This document shows positions 19,023 through 29,512 of a DNA stretch of 64,000 nucleotides, piece after piece. Position numbers and translations under genes: made by a program. Within the stretch, counting starts at the first letter, position 1; each line of letters starts with the position of its first letter. The notes under the pieces were generated by a model. The model searched no databases and was not told the DNA's origin. It worked only from the letters and a program-made list of their open reading frames with translations. The stretch is from a bacterium (GTDB lineage: Bacteria; Patescibacteriota; Andersenbacteria; UBA10190; CAIZMI01), in contig JAUSJG010000007.1 of NCBI GenBank assembly GCA_030647555.1, forward strand, positions 36,169 to 100,168, written 5' to 3'.

Positions 19023-19453
19023 TTTGTAAAATCAATAACCTCACCCTTGCGCACAAACACCACTGCTTTTCTGTATCCCGAAATCCTGCCCTCAATCGCG
19101 CCACGCATGCGCTTTTTTGGATGCACTGTCACAACATTGACGCGCGTCACATGCACCTTAAAACGTTTTTCCACAATCTGGTGAATTTCTTGCTTAGTAG
19201 CGTAATCGGCAATTTGAAATGTATAACGACCATCCGCGGAAAGGATGGCGGATTTTTCCGTAACAATCGGACGAATCAAAACATTGGCCTTAATTCCCTT
19301 AAAAGACGAAAGGTCGACGGAAGTTTTTTCTTCCTTTACTTCCTTGACTTTTTTTGCAGGTTTCTCGACACCATTTTCTTTTTTGTCCAACGCTTCTGCC
19401 GCGACAATATCAGCCTTGGTTTCTTTTTTCTTGAATACGGAGAGAATACTCAT
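19019..19453 (-). CDS. rplW: 50S ribosomal protein uL23 with N-terminal extension
   Basis: PIVTEKS, YTF, KKAVV-like YRKAVV. Confidence 0.95.
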   Translation of the reverse strand: MSILSVFKKKETKADIVAAEALDKKENGVEKPAKKVKEVKEEKTSVDLSSFKGIKANVLIRPIVTEKSAILSADGRYTFQIADYATKQEIHQIVEKRFKVHVTRVNVVTVHPKKRMRGAIEGRISGYRKAVVFVRKGEVIDFTK

Positions 19454-19457
19454 AATG

Positions 19458-20099
19458 TTATACTTTATCGCTGATACGGGTTTCTAAAACAGCGATGCCG
19501 GCCTTATCGGTTACAATTGTGGTTGTACGAAGCAAATCGTTGGCCGTAATCACTTCCGGATTTTTCACAATCACATCTTGCAAATTTCGACTGGCGCGCA
19601 AGTAGGGCGCGCGGGTGACTTTATCGCCCGAAACCAAAAACAAAACGATCCCTTTTACCGGCAACTTACCAAACGCCGCGACCAACTCTTTGGTCTTACC
19701 TGTGATTTTTGGTAAATCATTTAAGACAACCATTTCTTCATCCTTAATTTTTCCAACCAAAACACCGGCCAGGGCCGTGCGATTCATACCTTTCGGGGTG
19801 TGTGACGTGTAGTTTCGTTCCGCGCGAGGACCAAAAGCGACACCACCCTTACGCCAAATTGGCGAACGACTGGAACCGGCACGCGCGCGACCAGTCCCTT
19901 TTTGTTTCCACGGCTTAATACCGCCACCACGACGTTCGGAACGATCTTTGGTGTGAGCGCGACTAACGCGCTTGTTGGTATCGAAATTAACGGCCACTTG
20001 ATGTAACAAAATCGGCGAAACGGTTTTATTGTCCCAAGCGGAAAAACTGTCTTGCGTCGCCACTTTCTTTCCTTCTAAGTTTAAAATATTAATTTCCAT
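19458..20099 (-). CDS. rplD: 50S ribosomal protein uL4
   Basis: GGGIKPWKQKGTGRARAGS.RSPIWRKGG. Confidence 0.97.
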   Translation of the reverse strand: MEINILNLEGKKVATQDSFSAWDNKTVSPILLHQVAVNFDTNKRVSRAHTKDRSERRGGGIKPWKQKGTGRARAGSSRSPIWRKGGVAFGPRAERNYTSHTPKGMNRTALAGVLVGKIKDEEMVVLNDLPKITGKTKELVAAFGKLPVKGIVLFLVSGDKVTRAPYLRASRNLQDVIVKNPEVITANDLLRTTTIVTDKAGIAVLETRISDKV

Positions 20100-20100
20100 A

Positions 20101-20706
20101 TTACTCTCCCACAATACTTAAAAGCGAATTCTTCGGACCGGGAACGGCGCCACGCACAACCAAAATGTTCGTATTTGGCACAACATCAACAACTTGAAGA
20201 CCCTTGGTTGTAACCTTCGCGCCACCCATCCGACCAGCCATACGCATACCTTTCAAAACGTGTTGGGGCCAACCGGAACCGATGGAACCCGGGGCACGTT
20301 CGGCGTGCTTTGTACCGTGCGTCGCGTTGTGGCCATGAAAATGATGTCGTTTTACGACACCGGCAAAACCCATACCTCGAGATGTTCCTGTCACATTGAC
20401 GATATCACCGACCTTAAACGTATTGACGTCTACCACATCACCACGTTTTAAGTCAGTCTTTTCAAAATTATAGGCCTTCAATGTTCTAAAATGCGGAAGT
20501 TCTTTCAGGTGACCAAGTTCGGCTTTTGTCATATTCTTTTCTTTTTTCTCGCCAAAACCAAGTTGCACTTGCTTGCCTTTTTCACCCATTTCACGAACCA
20601 AGGTAACTTGGCAAGGACCGGCTTGCATTAACGTAACAGGAACGGACTTTCCGTCCGTTTCAAAAATCGTTGTCATGCCGATCTTTTTGGCTAAAATTGC
20701 TTTCAT
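20101..20706 (-). CDS. rplC: 50S ribosomal protein uL3
   Basis: KKIGMT, GFAGVVKRH, PGSIG, GMRMAGRMG, GAVPG. Confidence 0.98.
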   Translation of the reverse strand: MKAILAKKIGMTTIFETDGKSVPVTLMQAGPCQVTLVREMGEKGKQVQLGFGEKKEKNMTKAELGHLKELPHFRTLKAYNFEKTDLKRGDVVDVNTFKVGDIVNVTGTSRGMGFAGVVKRHHFHGHNATHGTKHAERAPGSIGSGWPQHVLKGMRMAGRMGGAKVTTKGLQVVDVVPNTNILVVRGAVPGPKNSLLSIVGE

Positions 20707-20924
20707 TATTCTCTTAATATAAAAATTTTACCGGGGCCTTCACCGAAGAACCCGTTCTCACGAGCAGACCCGCCAGTTTCCTGTTTCAGGACTTGGCCGG
20801 GATGGGGACTAGTTTTAATGAGCTGTGCAATATGTATACAGGGGAACGGATATCACGTCAAGCCCTGCTGACAACGAAATCCTATTCGCTTATAGAAGCC
20901 ATATTTTAGACTTTTTCCTCATGA

Positions 20925-21060
20925 ATTTTTAATTTGAAATTTGAAATTTTTAATCAATTTGAAATAAACTAATATCTTAATTTGAAAAACGCGTTTTTAT
21001 TTATTTCAAATTTGTGTATTAAAAATTGATTTCAAATTAAAAATTTCAAATTTCAAATTC
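20925..21060. repeat. AATTTGAAATTTGAAATT-family palindrome
   Basis: Near-identical arms at 41310-41450 and 44813-44945. Confidence 0.85.
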
Positions 21061-21163
21061 GCGAACACGCGCCTATTGACTTTTTCCCCGTTTGGGAGTA
21101 CAAATATTTGTTACTGACTTCTGTTTTTGGATTTCACCTCCTGTTTTTTCAAAGGAATTTACA

Positions 21164-21793
21164 ATGGAAAAGGGACAACATTTTGCGCTTTTGGCCGTCG
21201 AGGACAATACTCTCCACCTCCGCGATCTCATGCAAGTGATCGGCGAGTTGCCCGACGACTTTCCACTGGACTTGGAAATCAAGTGCGTGCGTTCATTGCG
21301 GGAAGCTCTGAACAACCTCGAGTCCGCCGACGGTGTCATTACTGACGTCTTCTTTCCCGAAATCCCTGACGGAGACGCCACCCAGCCAAACGGCAAAAAA
21401 GTCGTCGAGGCCTGCATCGCGGCACAGAAACCGGTGGTGTGGATTACGTCTACATATCACCACGGCACGATGACGAACGCTGTGAGTGAGTGGGGTCGCG
21501 ATCGCGGTCTCGAGATGTTCGACTGCCCTAACGCCGGCCGTGGAAGCGAAGAAGCGCCACACAAGCCATGGAAGGAGGCGCTATACGGCCTGATCTACAC
21601 GGCAGTAGAGATCGAGATGAAATTACTACAGTTCAAGGACGGACAGATTCAGCGGAGAGTAAACTATAATAAAGATTTCAGCCTGGCGGCAGGAATCTAT
21701 CGCGAATTGATGCTCCTCTATCTTTCCGCCGAAAATATCAAACCATACCCAGTCATGAAAAAGATGCTCGATATGGGTTTTCCGCGGAAGTAG
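21164..21793 (+). CDS. Hypothetical protein with a receiver (REC)-like N-terminus
   Basis: LAVEDN...VITDVFFP..NG..P VVWITS pattern; AAGGA SD; TTGACT-17-TACAAA upstream. Confidence 0.65.
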   Translation: MEKGQHFALLAVEDNTLHLRDLMQVIGELPDDFPLDLEIKCVRSLREALNNLESADGVITDVFFPEIPDGDATQPNGKKVVEACIAAQKPVVWITSTYHHGTMTNAVSEWGRDRGLEMFDCPNAGRGSEEAPHKPWKEALYGLIYTAVEIEMKLLQFKDGQIQRRVNYNKDFSLAAGIYRELMLLYLSAENIKPYPVMKKMLDMGFPRK

Positions 21794-22060
21794 CGACGCC
21801 CGCTTGCAACTCCGGCAGAATCCCTCCCCACCTCCCTTTGAATAAAGGGAGGAATCGCACACCCCAGCCAGGTTTTCCAACCTCGCTGGGGATTTTTATT
21901 TTTCTCTTCAGAGAAAAATACCCCCCAAAGCTTTAGCGACGGGGGGTAAAGCCAGCTATCCCCCTCCGCTCCGCGTGTTCGCGGAGCTACGGGGGATTAT
22001 TATAATATAATTTTCCTTCAGAAAATATATATTATAATAAAAAACGGCTCGTGAGAACCG

Positions 22061-22372
22061 TTACTGCCCTACTACCGCTGGCTGGTGCAAAAAGTCAACC
22101 ATCTGTCGCCAACGAACGTACCGCGCACGGAGACTGGTCGGAACTATGCCCAATGTTTCCTCCATTGCCACTTTTTGTTTCATTTCTTCGATAGGAGGCA
22201 ACGCCTTAACATACACCGGCAATCTACCAATCATTTCCTGCAAAAATTTGACCGTCTTCGCGTTGTCCCCCGCGCGTAGAGCTGTATCGTGGCGCACCAA
22301 CGCTTCAGTCGACAACCATCTGTGCAACTCCCGAAACAACTCATCTACCGTGAAAGTGATTTCCGTGGCCAT
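22061..22372 (-). CDS. Hypothetical protein
   Basis: ~103-aa ORF with AAAGGA upstream. Confidence 0.5.
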   Translation of the reverse strand: MATEITFTVDELFRELHRWLSTEALVRHDTALRAGDNAKTVKFLQEMIGRLPVYVKALPPIEEMKQKVAMEETLGIVPTSLRARYVRWRQMVDFLHQPAVVGQ

Positions 22373-22478
22373 ACAACCCATCCTTTTCTGTTGTTGGTTG
22401 ACTACCGATCTGAATGAACATTTTCTACTTAAATTAATCTATGACCAATTGTTTTTTTCGGCAAGCATGTATTTACAA

Positions 22479-22502
22479 AAGACCGCCCTTCGGGGCGGTC
22501 TT
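22479..22502 (-). terminator. Hairpin after the rpsJ 3' remnant
   Basis: AAGACCGCCC-TTCG-GGGCGGTCTT, homologous to 29471-29496. Confidence 0.7.
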
Positions 22503-22619
22503 AATATTTTATTTGGATCCCGCTCTTCAGAGCGAGGCTCGCCCAGATGGGCGGCCCCGATGTCCACCCTCCGCTAAAGCTACTGGGTGGCAGGCGCTCG
22601 GGGATGACCCCTGAAGGGG

Positions 22620-22798
22620 TCACTTCATCGAGACGTCGACACCCGCCGGGATTTGCAAGCTTTGCAACGCGTCTACCGTCTTGGGTGTAAAGTTTTGAAT
22701 GTCGATGAGGCGCTTATGCACCCGAATTTCATACTGATCACGCGCGTCTTTGTGCACAAACGTTGAGCTGTTCACCGTGTAACGCTTCCGTTCTGTTG
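22620..22798 (-). pseudogene. rpsJ: Duplicated 3' part of rpsJ (att-like direct repeat)
   Basis: Encodes the same C-terminal 58 aa as 29513-29691; lacks the 5' part. Confidence 0.9.
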
Positions 22799-22893
22799 TT
22801 TCATCGGCGTGCAAAACAAGATGAAAGTGTTAAAAAGTCTTTCTCAACAATAAATGATAAGAAACACCCACAAAAAAAATCTGACTAGTGAAG

Positions 22894-24576
22894 TCAGATG
22901 CTATTAAAAAGTTTTCCATTAAATTTGCTCATCCATTTCTGAAACGGATGCAGAACCGCTTGTTTCACGTCCCCGATCCGCTGTCCTAACTCACCACACG
23001 TCTGCAAATACGTATTGTTTGCATCCTGTCCGTGGTCAATCAGGAAGAGCGCGCAATGCTCGAGTTGTCCGAGACGCCGACAGTAATCGTAGTGAAAGTT
23101 TTCCCTAAGACGACCATCGAGCCTTTGACAGAAGAGCACTGCAGAGTGGCCGTCAAGGACATGCCGATCACAAAACTGCAGAAACAACACATAGCGCACT
23201 ACTTCGCCTTGAAGGGTGTCAGGTGCTATCATGGCAAATTTTGCTACGATACCGCTCTCTGCCATCAACTGTCCTAGCACTTTGCCCACAAACACCTCGT
23301 TCATCTTTTCTCCGCAAACATCAACAACCTTGTCCTTTCGACCAACAAAGCAGATAAGAGGACAACTTCGTTTGAAACCGACAACTTCCACAACATCATT
23401 TAGTCGGTAGCGATAGAATCCACCCCCTGTTGTAACTATTACTGAATACCTTTTCCCCACGTTTAACTGATGTGCCAAACACACACTTTCGCTATCATCC
23501 TCCTCGAACTCAAAAAAATGCGAGTTAACAGACAGCGCCGAACCACTATTTCTTAGAGGAAAAGATACGAAAGCCTCCGTCGCCATCAAACCCTTGGGCT
23601 GAACAACACAGTTTGAAAAATCACGCTGAAGCCGACTTGCTGCCACCTGCGCATTTCCATCCGCCCAACAACTAATAAGTCGAAGATTGGGCCAGATTGC
23701 CTCGTAAATATTCGCTTGTTTCCCCGGAGACAATATCTGCCCCAATTCCTCGGCTCGCGCTGGAAGCCTTTGGAGACGTTTTCGAATGCGACCAGCTACC
23801 TCTTTTTCAACATTGAGTTCAACTGACAGCGCACCCTTACGAATGTCCCAAATCAACCTATCAGCCCAACTGTATAATGGCGAAAGAAGCAGACTTAGAA
23901 ATGAGGGGTTCCAAACGGAAATCCATGTTAATCCTCTCTCCTGTAGCAAAAACCTCAGCGTGGCGTACCTAAACGAATCCATGTCTGAGACCAACGCTAA
24001 TTCTGACGGTGCAGCCATCACGTGTTCAAAAACCGATTGCCCCACCACTCCAAGATAGTTTTTTTCATCATCAAAACCAATTGGAATTCCACCCTGCGTA
24101 TGGCGAACCTTGACCCCAACCGGCGTCACCGACCAGTAAGCTTTGCCGCCAATGATACTGGGGTATTCTGTCATAAGCGAAAAAATCCACGGCGCTATTC
24201 CCTCCTGAAACTGCGCGATCAATGACTTGGTGTATGGCACGAGTTTGGATGCCATTGTTGATCCGCTTGTCACACCAAATCTCTGAACCCTCTCGCTGGT
24301 CAAAACACCATTCTCCCCCCCTTCTATGCGTTTCACATACGGAACTAAATCTTCATAAGAACGAATTGGCACTAGTTGTTGGAAATTGGAAATTGAATGA
24401 ATTTCACGGAATTGATGTTCTTGTCCAAACGCTGTTTCCCTGTTCCCGACAACAATAGCCTTGAGACACTTTGTTTGAGCGATTTCCACTTCGTTAATTG
24501 AGTTATACCACCTTCTCGCCCCAAAACTGACACTAGCCAACCAAACACTGTTACAAATGGTGGTTGTGAAGTTCAT
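22894..24576 (-). CDS. GH3-family acyl-adenylate/amide synthetase (auxin-responsive GH3-like)
   Basis: TAFGQEH, VPIRSYEDL, TSGST..SK.VPYT, ATEAFVSFP, TTGGGFYRYRLND. Confidence 0.85.
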   Translation of the reverse strand: MNFTTTICNSVWLASVSFGARRWYNSINEVEIAQTKCLKAIVVGNRETAFGQEHQFREIHSISNFQQLVPIRSYEDLVPYVKRIEGGENGVLTSERVQRFGVTSGSTMASKLVPYTKSLIAQFQEGIAPWIFSLMTEYPSIIGGKAYWSVTPVGVKVRHTQGGIPIGFDDEKNYLGVVGQSVFEHVMAAPSELALVSDMDSFRYATLRFLLQERGLTWISVWNPSFLSLLLSPLYSWADRLIWDIRKGALSVELNVEKEVAGRIRKRLQRLPARAEELGQILSPGKQANIYEAIWPNLRLISCWADGNAQVAASRLQRDFSNCVVQPKGLMATEAFVSFPLRNSGSALSVNSHFFEFEEDDSESVCLAHQLNVGKRYSVIVTTGGGFYRYRLNDVVEVVGFKRSCPLICFVGRKDKVVDVCGEKMNEVFVGKVLGQLMAESGIVAKFAMIAPDTLQGEVVRYVLFLQFCDRHVLDGHSAVLFCQRLDGRLRENFHYDYCRRLGQLEHCALFLIDHGQDANNTYLQTCGELGQRIGDVKQAVLHPFQKWMSKFNGKLFNSI

Positions 24577-25312
24577 CTTCTCTCCTTTGCTTCCGACATG
24601 AACCAAGTAAGCGAATCGCCGTAGCCGTAAAATTTGCTCGGGCTATCGGTGCCACACAAACAAGTTCCGTGCCCGTTAGATATGTAGGGTTTTTCTCAAA
24701 AAAGAAACGTGTGTAAGTATCGAGTTTTTGAGGCGGTTCTGCATCAATACTCCCCGGCACCAGACGTTGGGTTTCTCTTGAAAATAATACTCGACCGCTA
24801 CCAGGATCATATTCTTCAGGATATTTCAACAAACCGAAAGCATCTCTCACGACAAGATCTTGAGCCTGATCTTCCCCATCAGGCCTTGGTAAGAAATGCC
24901 GAAAAAAGAACGGCAAGACCCGGTAAGTGCGCCACCCCTTAGACATTAAAATATAGTAGACCTCGCGTGCAGGATGAGACTCCAATACATGCACGAAATA
25001 GCGCATAATTTCGACACCGAAACCGGCACTACAGCGGCAAGCGTCGACTACAACTGTGTCCCCAGAGAATACCCCCATCACACTTCTCCCAAAGACCTGA
25101 AGGTCTAAAACCATGAGCGTCGAAAATCCGACGATTTCTCCATTTGGCAAATCGCGCCGAAGTAGCATGACCACTTCTTTTTCACGCAGATCGTGTGCAA
25201 ACACTTCTTTGTCTACACCCAAAAATACGCGTGTTAGAAGCCAAAACATCCGTTCTGTTTCTTGAACCGTCAGATCCTCAACTGTTTTCGTAAATCCTAA
25301 TATTTTGGACAT
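24551..25312 (-). CDS. GH3-cluster-associated protein, putative GNAT-like fold
   Basis: IVGFST, FSGDTVV, SKGWRTYR, NP.Y..G.EL.C; coupled to the GH3 gene. Confidence 0.65.
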   Translation of the reverse strand: MSKILGFTKTVEDLTVQETERMFWLLTRVFLGVDKEVFAHDLREKEVVMLLRRDLPNGEIVGFSTLMVLDLQVFGRSVMGVFSGDTVVVDACRCSAGFGVEIMRYFVHVLESHPAREVYYILMSKGWRTYRVLPFFFRHFLPRPDGEDQAQDLVVRDAFGLLKYPEEYDPGSGRVLFSRETQRLVPGSIDAEPPQKLDTYTRFFFEKNPTYLTGTELVCVAPIARANFTATAIRLLGSCRKQRREDELHNHHL

Positions 25313-25458
25313 GATTATCCCCTCCAGGAAAAGTTGTCAAAAAAACACTACGTACGTTAGTACTAGCACAAATGCTTGCATTAGCAAATATTAGTTGCTA
25401 CCTTGAGCCAGCAGAAGTTTTTTCCCAATGAAATAAGCTAAACAAGGAGTACTTTGAC

Positions 25459-26784
25459 ATGACAAGAATACTGTTCATTATGCCCGACGCGCACATGCAC
25501 AAGTTGAAATTGTTTGGATTCACAAAGTCTTTGCGTGAAGCACCACTAACCCTCACCACTCTCGCCTCGATGGTTCCTAGTGGCCACCACATAACGATTG
25601 TCGACGGCAGTATTGACCCAATCCCCATGGACTACAAAGCGGACATAGTAGCGATAAGTTGTATAACGGGCACATGTCGACAAGGCTACGTATTGGCAGA
25701 TCATTTCAGACACAAGGGTTCATACGTGGTTATTGGCGGAGTGCATGCTTCAATCCTGCCTGACGAGGCACAGGAACATGCAGATACTGTAATAGTGGGA
25801 CCAGCGGAATTCTCCTGGCCGACATTTCTTACCGACTATTCTTCTGAAAAACAAAAGAAGCGTTATGGAAGTATCGACTGCTACCACGACGACGTTCTCA
25901 GGGATGTGCCTTTACCAAGAAGAGATCTCCAAAGAAATAGCGGTTACACACTGCCGGCAACAGTCCAAGCAACAAGGGGTTGTAAACATCGATGCGATTT
26001 CTGTTGCGTCAATGCAGTGTGGCCGAGATTTGTTAAACGACCCATAGCAGACGTGATCAGAGACATTTCGTCATTGCCTGGCAAGAGGATGGTTTTCAAC
26101 GATGTGAGTCTTGTCGACGATGTCGAATACGCAAAAGAACTCTTTAGGGCAATGATCCCTCTCAGAAAACATTGGGGTGGATTAGCGACTGTGCTTGTGG
26201 TCAAAGACGATGAACTCGTTGATTTAATGATGCGGAGCGGTTGTAAGTATCTTCTGCTTGGGTTTGAATCGGGAAATCAAGGTGTGCTAAAAGACATTGC
26301 CAAAGGGTTCAACCACGCAATCAACTACCACGAAGTTGTCGATAAACTACACGCGCATGACATAACAATCCAGGGCTGCTTCGTTTTTGGTTTCGATCAC
26401 GACACAGAAGATGTCTTTGAAAGTACGGTGGCAACAGTAGACGATCTTGGAATCGACATCCCTCGCTATTCCATTTACACACCATACCCGGGAACACCAC
26501 TTTTTGAACGATTGCAATCCGAGGGAAGAATCATCAGTCTTAACTGGAATAATTACGACACAATGCATGTAGTATTCCAGCCAAAGCTAATGACACCAGA
26601 ACGCTTGTATGACGGCTTCAAGTGGTCCTACAAACAAACGTTTAAAATACCGCGCATCGCAAGACGAACAATGTGGAACGGAAGGCACCCATCGGTAATC
26701 AATTTCGTCGGCAATCTCGCATACAGAATCTTCGTAAGAAGATTATATCGAGAAGAAAGATTCGCCCGTCCATTTATGCCCTAG
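25459..26784 (+). CDS. B12-binding radical SAM protein
   Basis: GGVHAS, RGCKHRCDFC, GFES, GFDHD, TPYPGT. Confidence 0.9.
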   Translation: MTRILFIMPDAHMHKLKLFGFTKSLREAPLTLTTLASMVPSGHHITIVDGSIDPIPMDYKADIVAISCITGTCRQGYVLADHFRHKGSYVVIGGVHASILPDEAQEHADTVIVGPAEFSWPTFLTDYSSEKQKKRYGSIDCYHDDVLRDVPLPRRDLQRNSGYTLPATVQATRGCKHRCDFCCVNAVWPRFVKRPIADVIRDISSLPGKRMVFNDVSLVDDVEYAKELFRAMIPLRKHWGGLATVLVVKDDELVDLMMRSGCKYLLLGFESGNQGVLKDIAKGFNHAINYHEVVDKLHAHDITIQGCFVFGFDHDTEDVFESTVATVDDLGIDIPRYSIYTPYPGTPLFERLQSEGRIISLNWNNYDTMHVVFQPKLMTPERLYDGFKWSYKQTFKIPRIARRTMWNGRHPSVINFVGNLAYRIFVRRLYREERFARPFMP

Positions 26785-26850
26785 TCAAACGTCACTCCGA
26801 AGTGTGACGTTTTTTTAAAAACCTTGCTATGTGCAATAGCAAGGTAATTT

Positions 26851-27957
26851 CTACAAAGTCGCCAATTCGAGATGCGACGTCTTGAGACATGGAAGATCTA
26901 CTCCGCTATCTGCCCAATACACCAAGTATATATTACTCCGAAGCTGCCTACAGGCATACTTGGAAGCAATCCCTGACAATCCATTTCCTACACAAAGAGC
27001 AACGCAGAGGTAGTCATGCCCTCTGCCCGACCAGATTTGACATGCGCGACTCAAAAGAGATTCGAACACTCCGCGATCATCATCTTCTGAACTCATAAAA
27101 CAAGCACTCAATGTTTTAACTTCACCTCCGATCTTAGGAATAATTGGTTTGCCAAGTAGACGAGAATTGCAGTTTAAGAATGGTCGCAACAAACTCAACC
27201 TACAGGACAGACCAGTAACCACGGTTTGCTTAAATGATTGCTGATTCCACACACCAAATGTCCCCAAAATACGACCCCTTGATTCGCAAACAAGCAAGTC
27301 ATCACTACTGAAACCAAGAGAAAAGTCGTTTTTTACAAAAATTTCTTCAAACCGATAAGTGGGCGCAAATTGATAACGCTGATTCCACCGCTCAAGACAT
27401 TTATGGGCTAAGGGCAATTGATGATAAGGACATTTCTGTACATCAACATCAACTTTTCCACACATATTTCTTTTTTTGATTGGTATTAAATACGTTACAA
27501 GTGTGCCGATTTGGTGGTAAACAGGATGACCCGCCCGTGGCCTTTGCAAAACACTCTGAAATCGACCGTTCTCCTCCAAAATTGTTGTTAAGTAATATGG
27601 GACCTCTCCGTCTTCATGCAGTGTTCGCAAGTGGCGATGAGCTTTCGCTAGTGTCATACCCCCGCGAAATTCTGGTAAAAGACGGAGCATATTCAAGTAA
27701 CCAATCGCCTTCTTTTCACCATCAACGTATAAGTTTCGCACACTTCGACAGGCAAAACCCACAACATCACCCGCAACTCCCGCTCGACAAACAATCGTCT
27801 GATTCTTTTCATTTCCAATTTTTCCAACTGCAAAAAAACTTGGCTCTCGCAAGAACGCAAGAGATATATCGCCGGGCATTGGTGTCCGACGCAGGATGTT
27901 CCTCATTGCCTCATCATCTGCCGTGTTGGCGAAATCAATCACAGATCTGGTGTTCAC
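26851..27957 (-). CDS. Hypothetical protein, putative GNAT-like acyltransferase
   Basis: REPSFF, IGYL..LR..PEFRGG acyl-CoA-binding-like motif. Confidence 0.65.
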   Translation of the reverse strand: MNTRSVIDFANTADDEAMRNILRRTPMPGDISLAFLREPSFFAVGKIGNEKNQTIVCRAGVAGDVVGFACRSVRNLYVDGEKKAIGYLNMLRLLPEFRGGMTLAKAHRHLRTLHEDGEVPYYLTTILEENGRFQSVLQRPRAGHPVYHQIGTLVTYLIPIKKRNMCGKVDVDVQKCPYHQLPLAHKCLERWNQRYQFAPTYRFEEIFVKNDFSLGFSSDDLLVCESRGRILGTFGVWNQQSFKQTVVTGLSCRLSLLRPFLNCNSRLLGKPIIPKIGGEVKTLSACFMSSEDDDRGVFESLLSRACQIWSGRGHDYLCVALCVGNGLSGIASKYACRQLRSNIYLVYWADSGVDLPCLKTSHLELATL

Positions 27958-27970
27958 TTTTTTGTCCTCT

Positions 27971-29317
27971 CTAGTAGATTGGTTCGGGAAGTGTTGGTTT
28001 TTCCCCTAACGGCAGGCCATCACGTTGAGTTATCTCCCTGCGCAAAAGCCAATTGACATATGCAAACACTCCGGCCTTTTTGACTGAACTGCAGTTTCCT
28101 CGAATATTACTTGCCCTCCTGACAATACTTCGGAAACTATAGAATTTGCGACGAGCTTCAATACACGCTTTGTGCAACTCCTCGGCGGATATTCCATTTG
28201 GTCTGAAAACAATATCGCCAAACCGAAACGATGGTGACAACCACCACTCATCATCCGTCAACTGACCACCACTCTGGAATTGCTCGTAAAGTGGCGTGCC
28301 AGGAAACGGAACAAGATGGTTAAATGCCCCAATAAAGAGTCCAAAATCGATAGCCGCCTCCGTTGTTCTTTGGATATCCTCCTTGGTCTCATTGCCATAA
28401 CCGAAAACAAATGTCCCATAAAGCGCTATTCCATAACCATGAATGATGTCGATGAGTCTTTTGTAATCTCCCAATTTGATGTTTACCTTCTTGCCCATGC
28501 TAGCTAGTGTGTCACGCCGGAGAGACTCAAAGCCTATGAGTATTCCAACGCAACCACTCCTAGCCATCAATTCAAGCAGTTCGCAATCATTGGCCATCGT
28601 TAACGTGCCCTGACCCACCCACTTGATCTTATGTGGGATTAGCTCCCGACAAAGGTCTTTTGCGTGCGCCGGATTACCCACAAAGTTATCTTCGACGAAA
28701 AAAACTTCTCTGTTTTGAAGCAACGCAATCTCTTCAACAACACTGTCAATAGAACGCGCCGTATACGTTGAAGAAGTGACTGCGGCAATCGAACAGAAAT
28801 TGCATCCAAATGGGCATCCGCGCCCGGTTTCAACGCATGATAATGGAAAATACGATCTTGTTCCGAAAATTTCCCTCCTTGGGAGAACAAAATTGTATGA
28901 CACGGATCGATCTTGCGAATATCGTCGCTTCAGGCACCCTGCTTGCGCATCACGCATCACTTGTCCCCAAATTAGTTCTGCGTAACCAATAACAATACTA
29001 TCGGCATACCTTTGCGCTTCTTCGGGTCTCAGTGTTACATGATATCCACCAAGAACAGTTTTCACGCCTCTTTGGTGATATTCCCTAACAATCTCGTATG
29101 CTCTTTTTGCCGTGTAAGCCTCAACCGTAATCGCAACAAGATCTGTTGACAAATCAAAGTTGATATTCTCAAAACGGTCATCAAAAAAAGATACTTCCAC
29201 ATCAACTGGTGTGAGGCCAGCCAGTGTAGCAATCGGAAGCGGTTCCATTTGCCAAGTACGCACATACTTTCCACCAGGCCTCTTCCCAACACTTGGCATA
29301 ATAAACGTAACCTTCAT
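27971..29317 (-). CDS. B12-binding radical SAM protein
   Basis: GGYHVT, RGCPFGCNFC, IGFES, PFPGTPL. Confidence 0.9.
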   Translation of the reverse strand: MKVTFIMPSVGKRPGGKYVRTWQMEPLPIATLAGLTPVDVEVSFFDDRFENINFDLSTDLVAITVEAYTAKRAYEIVREYHQRGVKTVLGGYHVTLRPEEAQRYADSIVIGYAELIWGQVMRDAQAGCLKRRYSQDRSVSYNFVLPRREIFGTRSYFPLSCVETGRGCPFGCNFCSIAAVTSSTYTARSIDSVVEEIALLQNREVFFVEDNFVGNPAHAKDLCRELIPHKIKWVGQGTLTMANDCELLELMARSGCVGILIGFESLRRDTLASMGKKVNIKLGDYKRLIDIIHGYGIALYGTFVFGYGNETKEDIQRTTEAAIDFGLFIGAFNHLVPFPGTPLYEQFQSGGQLTDDEWWLSPSFRFGDIVFRPNGISAEELHKACIEARRKFYSFRSIVRRASNIRGNCSSVKKAGVFAYVNWLLRREITQRDGLPLGEKPTLPEPIY

Positions 29318-29470
29318 CTTTGAATCCTTATGTTCGAATTGTGAATGAACTCAATACTAGATCCGTGCGACAACACTATCACAACCAAATATTTTAACAA
29401 ATACAATTCCTGACCAACGAATCCCTCGATCGCTACGCGCGTGGTATTAGGGAAAGGAGCAAATCAAACA

Positions 29471-29496
29471 TAAGACCGCCCTTGCGGGCGGTCTTA
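29471..29496 (-). terminator. Hairpin terminator after rpsJ
   Basis: TAAGACCGCCC-TTGC-GGGCGGTCTTA. Confidence 0.7.
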
Positions 29497-29512
29497 TCTA
29501 TAGTATATTTTA

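Larger units (their letters stand above)
22799..29512. mobile_element. Genomic island integrated in rpsJ (no integrase visible)
   Basis: Bounded by 179-nt direct repeats of the rpsJ 3' end; carries accessory cargo. Confidence 0.7.

Noticed and set aside
22620-22814. 64-aa ORF as a functional second S10
   Set aside because: It lacks the N-terminal half and a credible start; interpreted as an att remnant.
22799-29512. Prophage or IS element
   Set aside because: No integrase, transposase or structural genes within the island.
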